From NCBI GenBank assembly GCA_944350085.1, contig CALVNY010000017.1, positions 126,690-190,689 of the forward strand: DNA of 64,000 nucleotides. Reading direction: 5' to 3'. This document shows, piece by piece, positions 45,707 to 55,425 of the stretch. Source of the DNA: an uncultured Clostridia bacterium. Lineage in GTDB: Bacteria; Bacillota; Clostridia; Christensenellales; UBA1242. The notes below the pieces were generated by a model. The model did not search any database. It was not told the DNA's origin and worked only from the letters and a program-made list of their open reading frames with translations. The position numbers and the translations under genes were made by a program. Positions within the stretch are counted from its first letter, which is position 1, and every line of letters starts with the position of its first letter.

Positions 45707-47800
45707 TTATTTATTTTCAACTGCAATTAGTTTTAAATCAACTCTTTCCTTATCATCAATCTTTATGCATTCAACAACAACTGTGTCGCCTACTTTAACA
45801 ACATCTTCAACTTTTTCTACTCTTTTTGATGATAATTTTGATATGTGAATCATACCTTCTTTCCCGTAGCCCAAATCAACAAAAGCACCAAATTGCATTA
45901 TTCTTTCAACTTTTCCAGTGTAAGTTTTTCCAACTTCAATGTCACACGCAATTCCTTGAATAATTTGTTTTGCTCTTTCGTTCATTTCCGCATTTGTTGA
46001 TGCAACCATAACCAAACCATCGTCATCAATATCAATTTTAACGCCTGTTTCATCAATAATTTTGTTGATTGTTTTTCCACCACTTCCAATAACATCTTTA
46101 ATTTTTTCAGGATTTATTGTAAATGATATGATTTTTGGTGCATATTTGCTTAATTCTTTTCTAGGTTCTGGTAAAACTTCTAGCATTTTGTCCAAAATGT
46201 AAAGTCTTCCAACTCTTGCTTGTTCAAGTGCTGTTCTTAAAATATTTTCATCAATACCCTTGATTTTAATATCCATTTGAATTGCAGTAATACCATTTTT
46301 TGTTCCAGCAACTTTAAAGTCCATATCCCCTAAAAAGTCTTCTAATCCTTGAATATCAGAAAGTATTGCAACTTTTCCACTATCAACATCTTTTATTAAA
46401 CCCATTGCAATTCCGGCCACTGGGGCTTTAATTGGAACGCCAGCGTCCATTAATGATAGTGTGCTTCCACAAACACTTGCTTGTGATGTTGAACCATTAC
46501 TACTTAAAATTTCGCTAACTAATCTTATAGCATAAGGAAATTCTTCTTCGCTTGGAATTACAGGAACTAATGCTCTTTCTGCCAATGCACCATGACCAAT
46601 TTCGCGTCTGCCCGGTGCTTTTAATGGCCTTGCTTCGCCTGTTGAATATGGTGGCATATTGTAGTGATGAATATATCTTTTTTCATCTTCTTCATCTAAG
46701 CCATCTAACTTTTGAATTTCACTCATTGAACCTAATGTTGTGGTTGTTAATGCTTGTGATTCTCCACGAGTAAATACTGCACTTCCGTGAACTCTTGGCA
46801 ATATGCCAACTTCACACCAAATTGGACGAATTTCTGTTAGTTTTCTTCCATCTGGACGAATTCCTTCGTTTATAATTTTAGCACGCATAACTTGTTTTTT
46901 GATTTTGTACATTGTGTCGCCAATTTCTCTTTCACAATCAGGATATTTTTCAGCAAAATGTGCAAAAACATTTTCATAAACAGCATCTTCTTTTTCTTGA
47001 CGAATATGACGGTCAAATTCTTCCATATATTCTTCAATTAAAGGAGTTGCATATTCTTTAACATCATTTTCAATTTCATCTGGAACTTTGTAATATTCAA
47101 TCTTTTCGTTTTTGGTAATGCCAAGTTCCTTTGCAAGATTTTCTTGAAATTCAACTTGTTTTTTAATTTCTTCATGAGCAAATAAAATTGCTTTAAGCAT
47201 TACTTCTTCACTAACTTCTTTTGCTCCTGCTTCAACCATTAAAATTGCTTCTTTTGTTCCAGCAACAGTTAGGTGCATTTCACTTTTTTCTTGTTCTTCA
47301 CTTGTTGGATTTATAATGTATTTTCCATCAACTAGTGCAACTTGAACGCTACCTGTTGGACCTTGAAAAGGAATATCAGACAAGGTTAAAGCAACTGATG
47401 ATGCAAACATTGCCAATGGTTCTGGTGCATGGTCGTAATCAACAGAAAGTGGAGTTGCAACAATTGCAACATCATTAAAAAATCCTTTTGGGAAAAGTGG
47501 ACGAAGTGGACGGTCAATTAAACGACTTGTTAAAATGCCTTGGTCACTTGCTCTACCTTCTCTCTTTTTCCAGCCACCAGGAATTTTGCCAACTGAATAT
47601 AATTTTTCTTCATAATCAACGCCTAATGGGAAAAAATCTTGACCTTCCCTTGCTTTTGCACTCATTGTAGCATTTACCATAACAACAGTGTCACCACAAC
47701 GAACTACGCAACTTCCATTGCTTTGCATTGCATACTTGCCAATTTCAACAGTGACAGGTTTACCACCAATGGTGGTTTCAAACTTTTTGTAATTATTCAT
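45707..47800 (-). CDS. pnp: polynucleotide phosphorylase
   Basis: 697 aa with two RNase PH domains, a KH domain and an S1 domain (FGAFVDLG). Downstream of rpsO. Confidence 0.97.
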   Translation of the reverse strand: MNNYKKFETTIGGKPVTVEIGKYAMQSNGSCVVRCGDTVVMVNATMSAKAREGQDFFPLGVDYEEKLYSVGKIPGGWKKREGRASDQGILTSRLIDRPLRPLFPKGFFNDVAIVATPLSVDYDHAPEPLAMFASSVALTLSDIPFQGPTGSVQVALVDGKYIINPTSEEQEKSEMHLTVAGTKEAILMVEAGAKEVSEEVMLKAILFAHEEIKKQVEFQENLAKELGITKNEKIEYYKVPDEIENDVKEYATPLIEEYMEEFDRHIRQEKEDAVYENVFAHFAEKYPDCEREIGDTMYKIKKQVMRAKIINEGIRPDGRKLTEIRPIWCEVGILPRVHGSAVFTRGESQALTTTTLGSMSEIQKLDGLDEEDEKRYIHHYNMPPYSTGEARPLKAPGRREIGHGALAERALVPVIPSEEEFPYAIRLVSEILSSNGSTSQASVCGSTLSLMDAGVPIKAPVAGIAMGLIKDVDSGKVAILSDIQGLEDFLGDMDFKVAGTKNGITAIQMDIKIKGIDENILRTALEQARVGRLYILDKMLEVLPEPRKELSKYAPKIISFTINPEKIKDVIGSGGKTINKIIDETGVKIDIDDDGLVMVASTNAEMNERAKQIIQGIACDIEVGKTYTGKVERIMQFGAFVDLGYGKEGMIHISKLSSKRVEKVEDVVKVGDTVVVECIKIDDKERVDLKLIAVENK

Positions 47801-47873
47801 AAACTCTCCTTAAAATTATATAATCAACAATTTGAAAAAATCAAAAATTTGAAAAATCAAATTGTGTAATTTT

Positions 47874-47904
47874 GAAAAAAAGCGAAAGTAACCATACTCT
47901 CGCC
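47874..47904 (-). terminator. rpsO terminator / pnp leader hairpin
   Basis: On the minus strand: GCGAGAG-loop-CTTTCGC (one G:U pair) followed by TTTTTTT. Confidence 0.7.
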
Positions 47905-47914
47905 TATTTGTTAA

Positions 47915-48178
47915 CTATCTGATGTTTAGGTCGCTTTTTAATTTACGGCAAGCTTCTAAATCTTTTTGAGCATAGTATTTAAGTAATTTTTTTCTTTTAC
48001 TTACCATTTTAACTAGTCCTGAACGAGAATGATTGTCGTTAGGGTTAACTTTTAAGTGTTCAGTTAGTTCTGCAATTCTTTTAGATAGTAATGCAATTTG
48101 AACTTCTGTGCTACCTGTGTCTTTTTCATCTCTTTGGAATTTGTTAACTATTTCAGTTTTAACTTCTTTGTTAAGCAT
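47915..48178 (-). CDS. rpsO: 30S ribosomal protein S15
   Basis: The 87-aa MLNKEVK...TGSTEVQIALLSKRIAELTEHLK sequence is typical S15. GGGGGAA SD upstream of ATG 48178; the ORF track extends 12 codons further upstream. Confidence 0.95.
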   Translation of the reverse strand: MLNKEVKTEIVNKFQRDEKDTGSTEVQIALLSKRIAELTEHLKVNPNDNHSRSGLVKMVSKRKKLLKYYAQKDLEACRKLKSDLNIR

Positions 48179-48259
48179 TTCATTTTCCCCCTTATAATAT
48201 TCGCTTAAAACCAAGTTAAATGTTGGGAATTCAAATAACCTAGATTTAAGTACAAAAAC

Positions 48260-48288
48260 ATATTATCATATTGTTTATATTTTGTAAA
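48260..48288 (-). promoter_or_regulatory. rpsO promoter
   Basis: On the minus strand: TTTACA (48288-48283), 17 nt, TAATAT (48265-48260). Confidence 0.45.
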
Positions 48289-48394
48289 GTTAAATTATTA
48301 ATTTATACAACAATTATGAACATATTTAATTAATTTATAATTAAATAAAACTAAATAATTAATATTTAATAATTAATGAAAACACACATAATTT

Positions 48395-49816
48395 TTAATC
48401 ACAAAACAAATCTATTTTTTTGTTTGTTAGTTCATCAACACGGGTTATGTATTCATTAATATTTTTTACGCAAGCAAATCTATCAATTCTGTTATTTTCT
48501 AAAACATATTTTTTGCTTATAGCATTTGCACCACAAGCAACAATGCTTGCTAATTCTTCCATACTAACAACATTAAACAAACAACTTAAATTTTTTGTAT
48601 AGCCTATATTTTCATTGTTCCCAAGCATATTTTTTTGACGATACAAGTAATAAGGCTTGTATCCACATTTTGTAAGTTTTTTATAAGCATAATTTACCAT
48701 TTTTGAAACGGTTTTAGGCGTTGAAATTGTTCCACCATTTAGTTTTAAATTTGATGTGTTTTTTATGCTTAAAGTGTGAACTGTAATGTCATTTGGCATT
48801 AGTTTTAAACAACTTTTTAAACTATGCTTAAAATCTTTAAATTTTTCATTATGAAGCCCTGCAATTAAATCCATATTTATGTTAAAATTGTAGGGTTTTG
48901 CAAGGTTATATGCTTCAATAATTTGTTCTTTTGTGTGATGTCTGCCAATAGATTTAAGAGTTGCGTTAGAAAAAGACTGTGGGTTTATGCTAATTCTTGT
49001 TACATTATGCTTTTTTAAAACATCTAATTTGTCTTTTGTAATAGTGTCGGGTCTGCCTGCTTCAACAGTAAATTCTTTAACTTTTAAATTATCCAAATTT
49101 GAAAGCAACTTGTCTAATTGTTCACTATTTAAAGTTGTTGGAGTTCCACCACCAATATAAATTGTTGAAATTGTGTAATTGTTATTTTTTAAAAAATTTA
49201 AAGTTGCAGTTATTTCTTTTATTAAAGCGTTTAAATACGGCTCTATTAAATAACTAAATTTATCAATTCCACAAGCAACAAATGAACAATATTCACATCT
49301 TGTTGGACAAAACGGAATATTTATATATAAATGCACCAATTTATCATTGCCAATATATTCTTTTTGAGTAATGTAAATTTGCTTTAATATTTCGGCTTTT
49401 TTTCGAGTAACAAAATATTTTTTAATAATATCTTTTTTTGCCAAATCAAGAATTTTGTTTGATGCCAAATTTTGATTTGAAGATTTGATATTTGAAACTA
49501 TTTCCTTATAAATTTTTGTTGGTCTAATACCTGTTAAACTGCCCCATTTTAAAGTGCTATGCAATTCCTTTGAAAGTGCTTTATAAAGGCTTATTTTTGC
49601 ATATCTTTGAGTAAATTGTTTTATGTTGGAACTATTTATTTTGTATGAATAATTATAGGTTTTTAAATGATTTGAAAAAATAGTTATGGTACTATAAAAA
49701 GTATCATTAACTATTTTTGAATTAAAATTAATTTGTTTAATTTTTTTTGTGTTAAATAAATTTATTAAAAGTTTTAATTCGTCTTTTAAATTTTCAGGTT
49801 CGCAAATGAATTCCAT
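48395..49816 (-). CDS. HemZ/HemN-like radical SAM protein (coproporphyrinogen dehydrogenase family)
   Basis: Radical-SAM cluster motif IPFCPTRCEYCSF and the GGGTPT motif. HemZ-like length, positioned after relA as in clostridia. Confidence 0.8.
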   Translation of the reverse strand: MEFICEPENLKDELKLLINLFNTKKIKQINFNSKIVNDTFYSTITIFSNHLKTYNYSYKINSSNIKQFTQRYAKISLYKALSKELHSTLKWGSLTGIRPTKIYKEIVSNIKSSNQNLASNKILDLAKKDIIKKYFVTRKKAEILKQIYITQKEYIGNDKLVHLYINIPFCPTRCEYCSFVACGIDKFSYLIEPYLNALIKEITATLNFLKNNNYTISTIYIGGGTPTTLNSEQLDKLLSNLDNLKVKEFTVEAGRPDTITKDKLDVLKKHNVTRISINPQSFSNATLKSIGRHHTKEQIIEAYNLAKPYNFNINMDLIAGLHNEKFKDFKHSLKSCLKLMPNDITVHTLSIKNTSNLKLNGGTISTPKTVSKMVNYAYKKLTKCGYKPYYLYRQKNMLGNNENIGYTKNLSCLFNVVSMEELASIVACGANAISKKYVLENNRIDRFACVKNINEYITRVDELTNKKIDLFCD

Positions 49817-49841
49817 ATTTTAATATGATTGTTTATTAAAT

Positions 49842-51923
49842 TTATTTTGTCCTTTGAACATCAATAATAAAATCAAATGTTTTTAATTTTTTAACAAGGT
49901 CATCTAATTGTTGTCTATTTTCTATTGACAAAACTAAGTCAATTTTGCCCATATTATCAGGCAAAATTTTTGTATTAATATTTGAAATATCAATTTTGCT
50001 GTCACTAATTTTTTTGCTAATTTGTGCTATTGCACCACTTGTGTTTAAACAAATAATTGTAATTGCACCTAAAAATTTTGTTAAATTATTTTTTTCGTTC
50101 CAGCCACATTCAATTAATCTATCTTTTTCTAGTCTATGAACAACATTGCAATCTGCCCTATGGATAGTTATTCCTTTCCCTCTTGAAATATATCCAATAA
50201 TATCATCTCCTGGCAAAGGTTTACAACAATTTGCAAGTTTTGTTAATAAATTATTAAATCCTTTAATATTAATTTTGTCGTCAGTTGAATTTACAACTTT
50301 TGTAGTTTTTATTTCAAACTCTTTGCTGTCTTTTTGTGATTCTTTTTGAAGGTTTTTTAATTTGTTAATTATTTGGTTGCAAGATATTCCACCATATCCA
50401 ATTGATGCATACATATCATCTAAACTGCTTAGTGCGTATCTTTCAAACAATTCATCTAGCCACTCATCTTTCATTAAGCTTGGCAATGAAACATTTTGGG
50501 TTTTTGCATAAGTTTCAAGCATACTTTTACCCTTTTTGATGTTTTCATCTTTCATTTCGTGCTTAAAGAAAGCATTTATTTTGTTTTTTGCACCATTTGT
50601 TTTAACAATTTTAAGCCAATCTCTGCTTGGTCCTTTTGAATTTTGGTTTGTTATAATTTCAACAATGTCACCATTGTTTAATTCAGTTGTTAATGGACAC
50701 ATTTTTCCATTTATTTTTGCACCAACACATTTATTACCAATGTTGCTATGAATTGCATATGCAAAATCTATTGGAAGGCTTCCTTCTGGGAATTGCATAA
50801 CTTTTCCAAGTGGAGTTTGAACAAATATGTTTCCACTATAAACATCAGTTTTTAAAACATCTAAAAGTTCTTCACTTGATTTGTCTTTTGCCATATCCAT
50901 TATTGAACGGATATAACTTATTTTTAAATCGGCTTCGTTTGCTTTTCTTTTTTCTTTGTAAACAAAGTGTGCTGCAAAACCATATTCGGCATATTGATGC
51001 ATTTCTCTTGTTCTTATTTGAATTTCAAGAGGGTCGCCATTTTCTACAACAACTGTTGTGTGTAGTGATTGATATCCATTTTCTTTTGGTTGTGCAATAT
51101 AATCTTTAAAATGGTCTAGTGGCTTATATAATGAGTGAACCTTTCCTAATGCAATATAGCATTCTTCAACAGTGTCAACAATTATTCTAAGCGCTAAAAT
51201 ATCTAAAACTTGATTTAATTCAAGATTTTTCCATTGCATTTTTTTATAAATGCTATAAAGTTGTTTATGCCTTCCATAAACAATTGCATTTTTAATTAAA
51301 CCAGAAATTTCTTTTTGAATTTTTTCTTTTGTTTTATTTAAAACTTCAAGCCTTTCTTGAACATATTTATATACCTTTTTGGACAAATTTGTATATGCTT
51401 GTGGCTTGTAGTATCTAAACAACTGGTCCTCAAAATGATTTTTTATGTTTCCAATTCCAAGCATGCTAGCTAGTGGCGAATAAACTTCCTTTACACGATA
51501 CATAAATTGTTCTGTATCCAATTTTTCTTTGTTGTCTAGATTTGTATTTTGAATTGCTAAAAGTAGAATTATAACCCTAATGTCCTTTGCAAGCGCAATA
51601 AACATACTTTTTACAGATTCAGCCTGAGTTTCTTTATTGTGAATGTTAATGTTTTCAATTTTTGTAATTGCACTTAGCATTTTGGCACATTCAGGACCAT
51701 ATTCTTTTTCAATTTCTTCAATGGTTATTTTTTCTAATTTTAATAATGGATACAAATATGCACTTAAAATTGTGCAAAAATCCATTTTAAGTTCGGTCAA
51801 AGTTGCAACAGTTTTTGTTGCAAAATCTAAATTTAATAAATCATCATTTAATTCTGTTAAATTGTTTGTTATTTTTTCAATTATTTTTTGTTCTTCATTT
51901 GAGAACAATTTTTCATTTTTCAT
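49842..51923 (-). CDS. relA: long RelA/SpoT homolog: (p)ppGpp synthetase with a degenerate hydrolase domain
   Basis: Intact synthetase motifs (DYIAQPKENGYQSLHTTV, EIQIRTREMHQYAEYGFAAHFVYK), plus TGS and ACT regions. The N-terminal HD-domain signature residues are absent (see finding). Confidence 0.9.
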   Translation of the reverse strand: MKNEKLFSNEEQKIIEKITNNLTELNDDLLNLDFATKTVATLTELKMDFCTILSAYLYPLLKLEKITIEEIEKEYGPECAKMLSAITKIENINIHNKETQAESVKSMFIALAKDIRVIILLLAIQNTNLDNKEKLDTEQFMYRVKEVYSPLASMLGIGNIKNHFEDQLFRYYKPQAYTNLSKKVYKYVQERLEVLNKTKEKIQKEISGLIKNAIVYGRHKQLYSIYKKMQWKNLELNQVLDILALRIIVDTVEECYIALGKVHSLYKPLDHFKDYIAQPKENGYQSLHTTVVVENGDPLEIQIRTREMHQYAEYGFAAHFVYKEKRKANEADLKISYIRSIMDMAKDKSSEELLDVLKTDVYSGNIFVQTPLGKVMQFPEGSLPIDFAYAIHSNIGNKCVGAKINGKMCPLTTELNNGDIVEIITNQNSKGPSRDWLKIVKTNGAKNKINAFFKHEMKDENIKKGKSMLETYAKTQNVSLPSLMKDEWLDELFERYALSSLDDMYASIGYGGISCNQIINKLKNLQKESQKDSKEFEIKTTKVVNSTDDKINIKGFNNLLTKLANCCKPLPGDDIIGYISRGKGITIHRADCNVVHRLEKDRLIECGWNEKNNLTKFLGAITIICLNTSGAIAQISKKISDSKIDISNINTKILPDNMGKIDLVLSIENRQQLDDLVKKLKTFDFIIDVQRTK

Positions 51924-51929
51924 TTTTAT

Positions 51930-54329
51930 TTAACCTTTTAAATTTTCTATATAATTATAAATCAAACTATTTTTTAGTTCAGATTTTACATCTTTGTTTA
52001 TTTTAATTTTATAGTTAAAATTTTCAATAAGTTCTTCAACAATATTTAATTCTTTTAACACATTAACAACAAAACAAAATTGAGAATAATCACAATTAAT
52101 TTGTGGATTTAGTCTTTTAAAACTCAAATAATAAAAATATTTTGTGTAGCCAAATACATTTTTATTAATTGTATTTATTATGCCCTTATGGTATATTCCA
52201 AAAACATTTCTATCAATATTTAAAGTGGTTAAAAATTTTAAGTCCATAGTAATTTTTGCAACTACAACTTTTAATCCTAACAACCTTAAGTAGTTAACAA
52301 ATCCTAAGTTTACATCATTTAATAAAACCACAGTGTTATAATTATGTAAGTTTAATGGTGTTGTGCCAAGCAAAAGCAGTGTGTTGTAAACAGTGTCATA
52401 ATTATTATAAACTTGATAATTGATAATGTTTTTTATATCAAAATTTTTAACCTGATTAAAAGTTTCAATTGAATTTGCAATAATTAATGTGCCATAATAA
52501 TTGTCTTTTAAAATATATTTTAGTTCTTCATCTAGTTTGTTAGAATCTATAATTTTAACTTTTGATAACTGCTCTTTATTTTTTAAACTATCTTCGTTTT
52601 CAAAGTTTAAATAATTTAATGTTTCTAAAAAGTTTGCTTGAACTTGTTCTTTTGTAACTTTAATAGGAACACCACCAAAGGCAAAATTTTTTACTTTACC
52701 TTTAACTGTTTTTCTGTTGCCATATTCATCTAGGTATAATTCTACTAATGCTTGTTTTTCAGACAAATGTTCGCAATTTTCAAAATACTCGCCAGCATTA
52801 AAGGCAACCAATTCTAATTTGTCATTTTTTATTTTTAAGTGGTTATTATGATTTTTAATTCTGTCAAAGGTTGAATTTTTAAGATTGAATAAGCAACATG
52901 GTCTTTCATTTCCAAATCCAAATGGTTGCATTTTTTCAATTTGCATAAATTCTTCATATGAAAATGTAAGTTCCTTATCGGTTAAGTCGTAATATTTTTT
53001 TTGCAAAAATACGGTATAATCATAGTTATTTAAAATATATTCATTAAGTTTATTTTTAAAGTTTTCTAAATTATCCTCAGTTAATGACAATCCACCTGCT
53101 TGTTTGTGTCCACCAAAACGAATTAAATAGTTAGAGGCATATTCTAATGCTTTATAAATATCAATATTTTCTATGCTTCTAATGCTACCTTTATATTCAT
53201 TGTCAACCTTACTAATTAAGCATGTTGGTTTGTTATATTTTTCTACAATCCTTGCACACACTATTCCTAAAACGCCACCGTCCCAATTGTCTTTGCATAA
53301 AACAATTGCTCCAATTTTTGAAACATCAATTTCTTTTAGCATGTTAACTGCATCATTATAAATTGTGTTTACAGCGTCAACCCTTTTGTTGTTAAGTTCG
53401 GTTAATGTGTTTAATATGTTTTCAATTACATTTTCATCTTCTTCAATAAACAACTTAAAACTTAAACTTGCATCACCCATTCTGCCTGCTGTATTTAATT
53501 TTGGAGCCACTTTAAATGCAATGTCGGTTGAAGTTACATCTTGCAAGTTTAAGGACTTTAAAAGTGCCAAAACACCTTTTGGAAGATTGTTTATGTTTGA
53601 CAATCCATGATGAACGATTACTCTATTTTCGTCAATTAATGGAACTATGTCTGCAACTGTTGCAATGGATGCAATACAAGTGTATTTTAATGCTTCGCTA
53701 AGCCCTGAAAGAGCCTGAACAAGTTTTAATGCAATCCCTGCACCACATAAATTTTTAAATGGATATGGTTGATCTTCAAACTTACAATCAACACAAATGC
53801 AGTTAGGAATTTCTTTTGGAATTTCATGGTGGTCGGTAACTACAATGTCAAAGCCTAATTCCTTTGCATATTCAATTTCATTTTTGCATGCAATCCCACA
53901 ATCAACAGTAACTATTAAATTTGGATTGTACATTTTTTTTATCTTGTCAAGCGTGTCCATTGTTATTCCATAACCATCCGTAAACCTGTTTGGCAAGAAA
54001 TAATCAACGGAAACATCTTTTGATTTTAAATATTTATATAAAATTGCTGTTGCACAAATGCCATCAGCATCGTAATCGCCTAGTATTAATATTTTTTGTT
54101 TGCTTGAAATAGCGTTTAAAATTTTATTAACGGCTTCTGTCATATTTTTTAACAAAAAAGGATTATGAAAGGAATTTATTGAAGGATTAAAATAATTGTA
54201 TAAATCCTTTTCAGTTTCCATTCCGTTCATATATGCTAATTTAACTACAATCTTTGAAATATTTGTGTCTGCACTAAATTTTGTAATTAATTTATTATTA
54301 AGTTTTTTAGTTTTTTTAATAAATTGCAT
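51930..54329 (-). CDS. recJ: single-stranded-DNA-specific exonuclease RecJ
   Basis: DHH motifs (GDYDADGI, VTVDCG, VVTDHH) and DHHA1 GGHKQAGG. AAGGG SD favours ATG 54329. Confidence 0.9.
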   Translation of the reverse strand: MQFIKKTKKLNNKLITKFSADTNISKIVVKLAYMNGMETEKDLYNYFNPSINSFHNPFLLKNMTEAVNKILNAISSKQKILILGDYDADGICATAILYKYLKSKDVSVDYFLPNRFTDGYGITMDTLDKIKKMYNPNLIVTVDCGIACKNEIEYAKELGFDIVVTDHHEIPKEIPNCICVDCKFEDQPYPFKNLCGAGIALKLVQALSGLSEALKYTCIASIATVADIVPLIDENRVIVHHGLSNINNLPKGVLALLKSLNLQDVTSTDIAFKVAPKLNTAGRMGDASLSFKLFIEEDENVIENILNTLTELNNKRVDAVNTIYNDAVNMLKEIDVSKIGAIVLCKDNWDGGVLGIVCARIVEKYNKPTCLISKVDNEYKGSIRSIENIDIYKALEYASNYLIRFGGHKQAGGLSLTEDNLENFKNKLNEYILNNYDYTVFLQKKYYDLTDKELTFSYEEFMQIEKMQPFGFGNERPCCLFNLKNSTFDRIKNHNNHLKIKNDKLELVAFNAGEYFENCEHLSEKQALVELYLDEYGNRKTVKGKVKNFAFGGVPIKVTKEQVQANFLETLNYLNFENEDSLKNKEQLSKVKIIDSNKLDEELKYILKDNYYGTLIIANSIETFNQVKNFDIKNIINYQVYNNYDTVYNTLLLLGTTPLNLHNYNTVVLLNDVNLGFVNYLRLLGLKVVVAKITMDLKFLTTLNIDRNVFGIYHKGIINTINKNVFGYTKYFYYLSFKRLNPQINCDYSQFCFVVNVLKELNIVEELIENFNYKIKINKDVKSELKNSLIYNYIENLKG

Positions 54330-54408
54330 AGTACCCTTAAAATAAAACAAAGCCTTTTAGACAAAAGGCTTTATTTTAATATTTTTTGTTAAATAATTTT
54401 AATTTATT

Positions 54409-55425
54409 TTAAACAACAACATCGTCATTTTCTGTTTTCTTTTTCTTTTCTAACAACCTTTTATCTTTGTTTTTATTGTATATTTTTGACCAACTAGCCA
54501 TAGTTACATAAATTGTGCTTACAACCAAAACTACCACTCCAAATATCATTGGCAAAATGTACCATAATGTTGTGGTAATTCCAACAAACAAATATAATAC
54601 CAAAAGCACAAATGTTATAATTGTTACTGTCATTAAATTTAAAGTTAAACTATCAAAAGTTTTGTCAACATACATAACATCTGTGTATTTGTTTTCAACA
54701 TCTAATTTTATGATTTCTTTCATTTTTCCAAATACAATAAATTTAAGGAAAGTTGAAAGCAATAATATGATTGTTAAAGGAATTACAAATGTTACATAAA
54801 CAGGTATTCTTGCTATAATAACAAAACTTACAGTCATAAACATATCAAAAATCAAACCTAAAAATGTTGTTATTGAATATGTTATACCAAATCTTATCCA
54901 TGCATAAACAAATATTGCTACCATAAATGCAAGTAAAATTAATGCACCCCATAAGAAATTTATTGTTTTGTATGGAGGATAATATTTTACAACTTCAGTT
55001 ATATGTGTGGTGTAATTTTCGGTTATTGTTAAGTCTATATTTAATTTGTCAGCAACGCTTGTTCTTATTTTGTTTAATAAATCTTCCATTTCAGAATCAG
55101 TTGAAAAAGCCTTGTCTTTGATTGTTACTGAAATTCTGCTAGTTAAATTGTTTTCTAAATATTCAACTTTGTAAGTTACAACATCGTTGTCTTTAATAAT
55201 TGATTTAATATCGTTTTTGTAATCTTTTACAACATCTTCTTCTAAAGTGTCATTAAATACAACATCAAATTGTCTTCCATTTGCAAAGTCTAAACTTAAA
55301 TTCAAACCACAAATTGAAGCAACAATTATGGCAATAATCATTATAATTGCAGGAATAAACCAAAATCTTTTAACAACTTTGCCTGTGTTTAAAGGAGTTA
55401 TTTTTATATTATTAAGCGATTTCAT
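54409..55425 (-). CDS. secF: protein translocase subunit SecF
   Basis: 338 aa with one N-terminal TM helix, a small external domain, and five TM helices of SecD/F type. GGGAGG SD. Overlaps the end of secD. Confidence 0.75.
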   Translation of the reverse strand: MKSLNNIKITPLNTGKVVKRFWFIPAIIMIIAIIVASICGLNLSLDFANGRQFDVVFNDTLEEDVVKDYKNDIKSIIKDNDVVTYKVEYLENNLTSRISVTIKDKAFSTDSEMEDLLNKIRTSVADKLNIDLTITENYTTHITEVVKYYPPYKTINFLWGALILLAFMVAIFVYAWIRFGITYSITTFLGLIFDMFMTVSFVIIARIPVYVTFVIPLTIILLLSTFLKFIVFGKMKEIIKLDVENKYTDVMYVDKTFDSLTLNLMTVTIITFVLLVLYLFVGITTTLWYILPMIFGVVVLVVSTIYVTMASWSKIYNKNKDKRLLEKKKKTENDDVVV

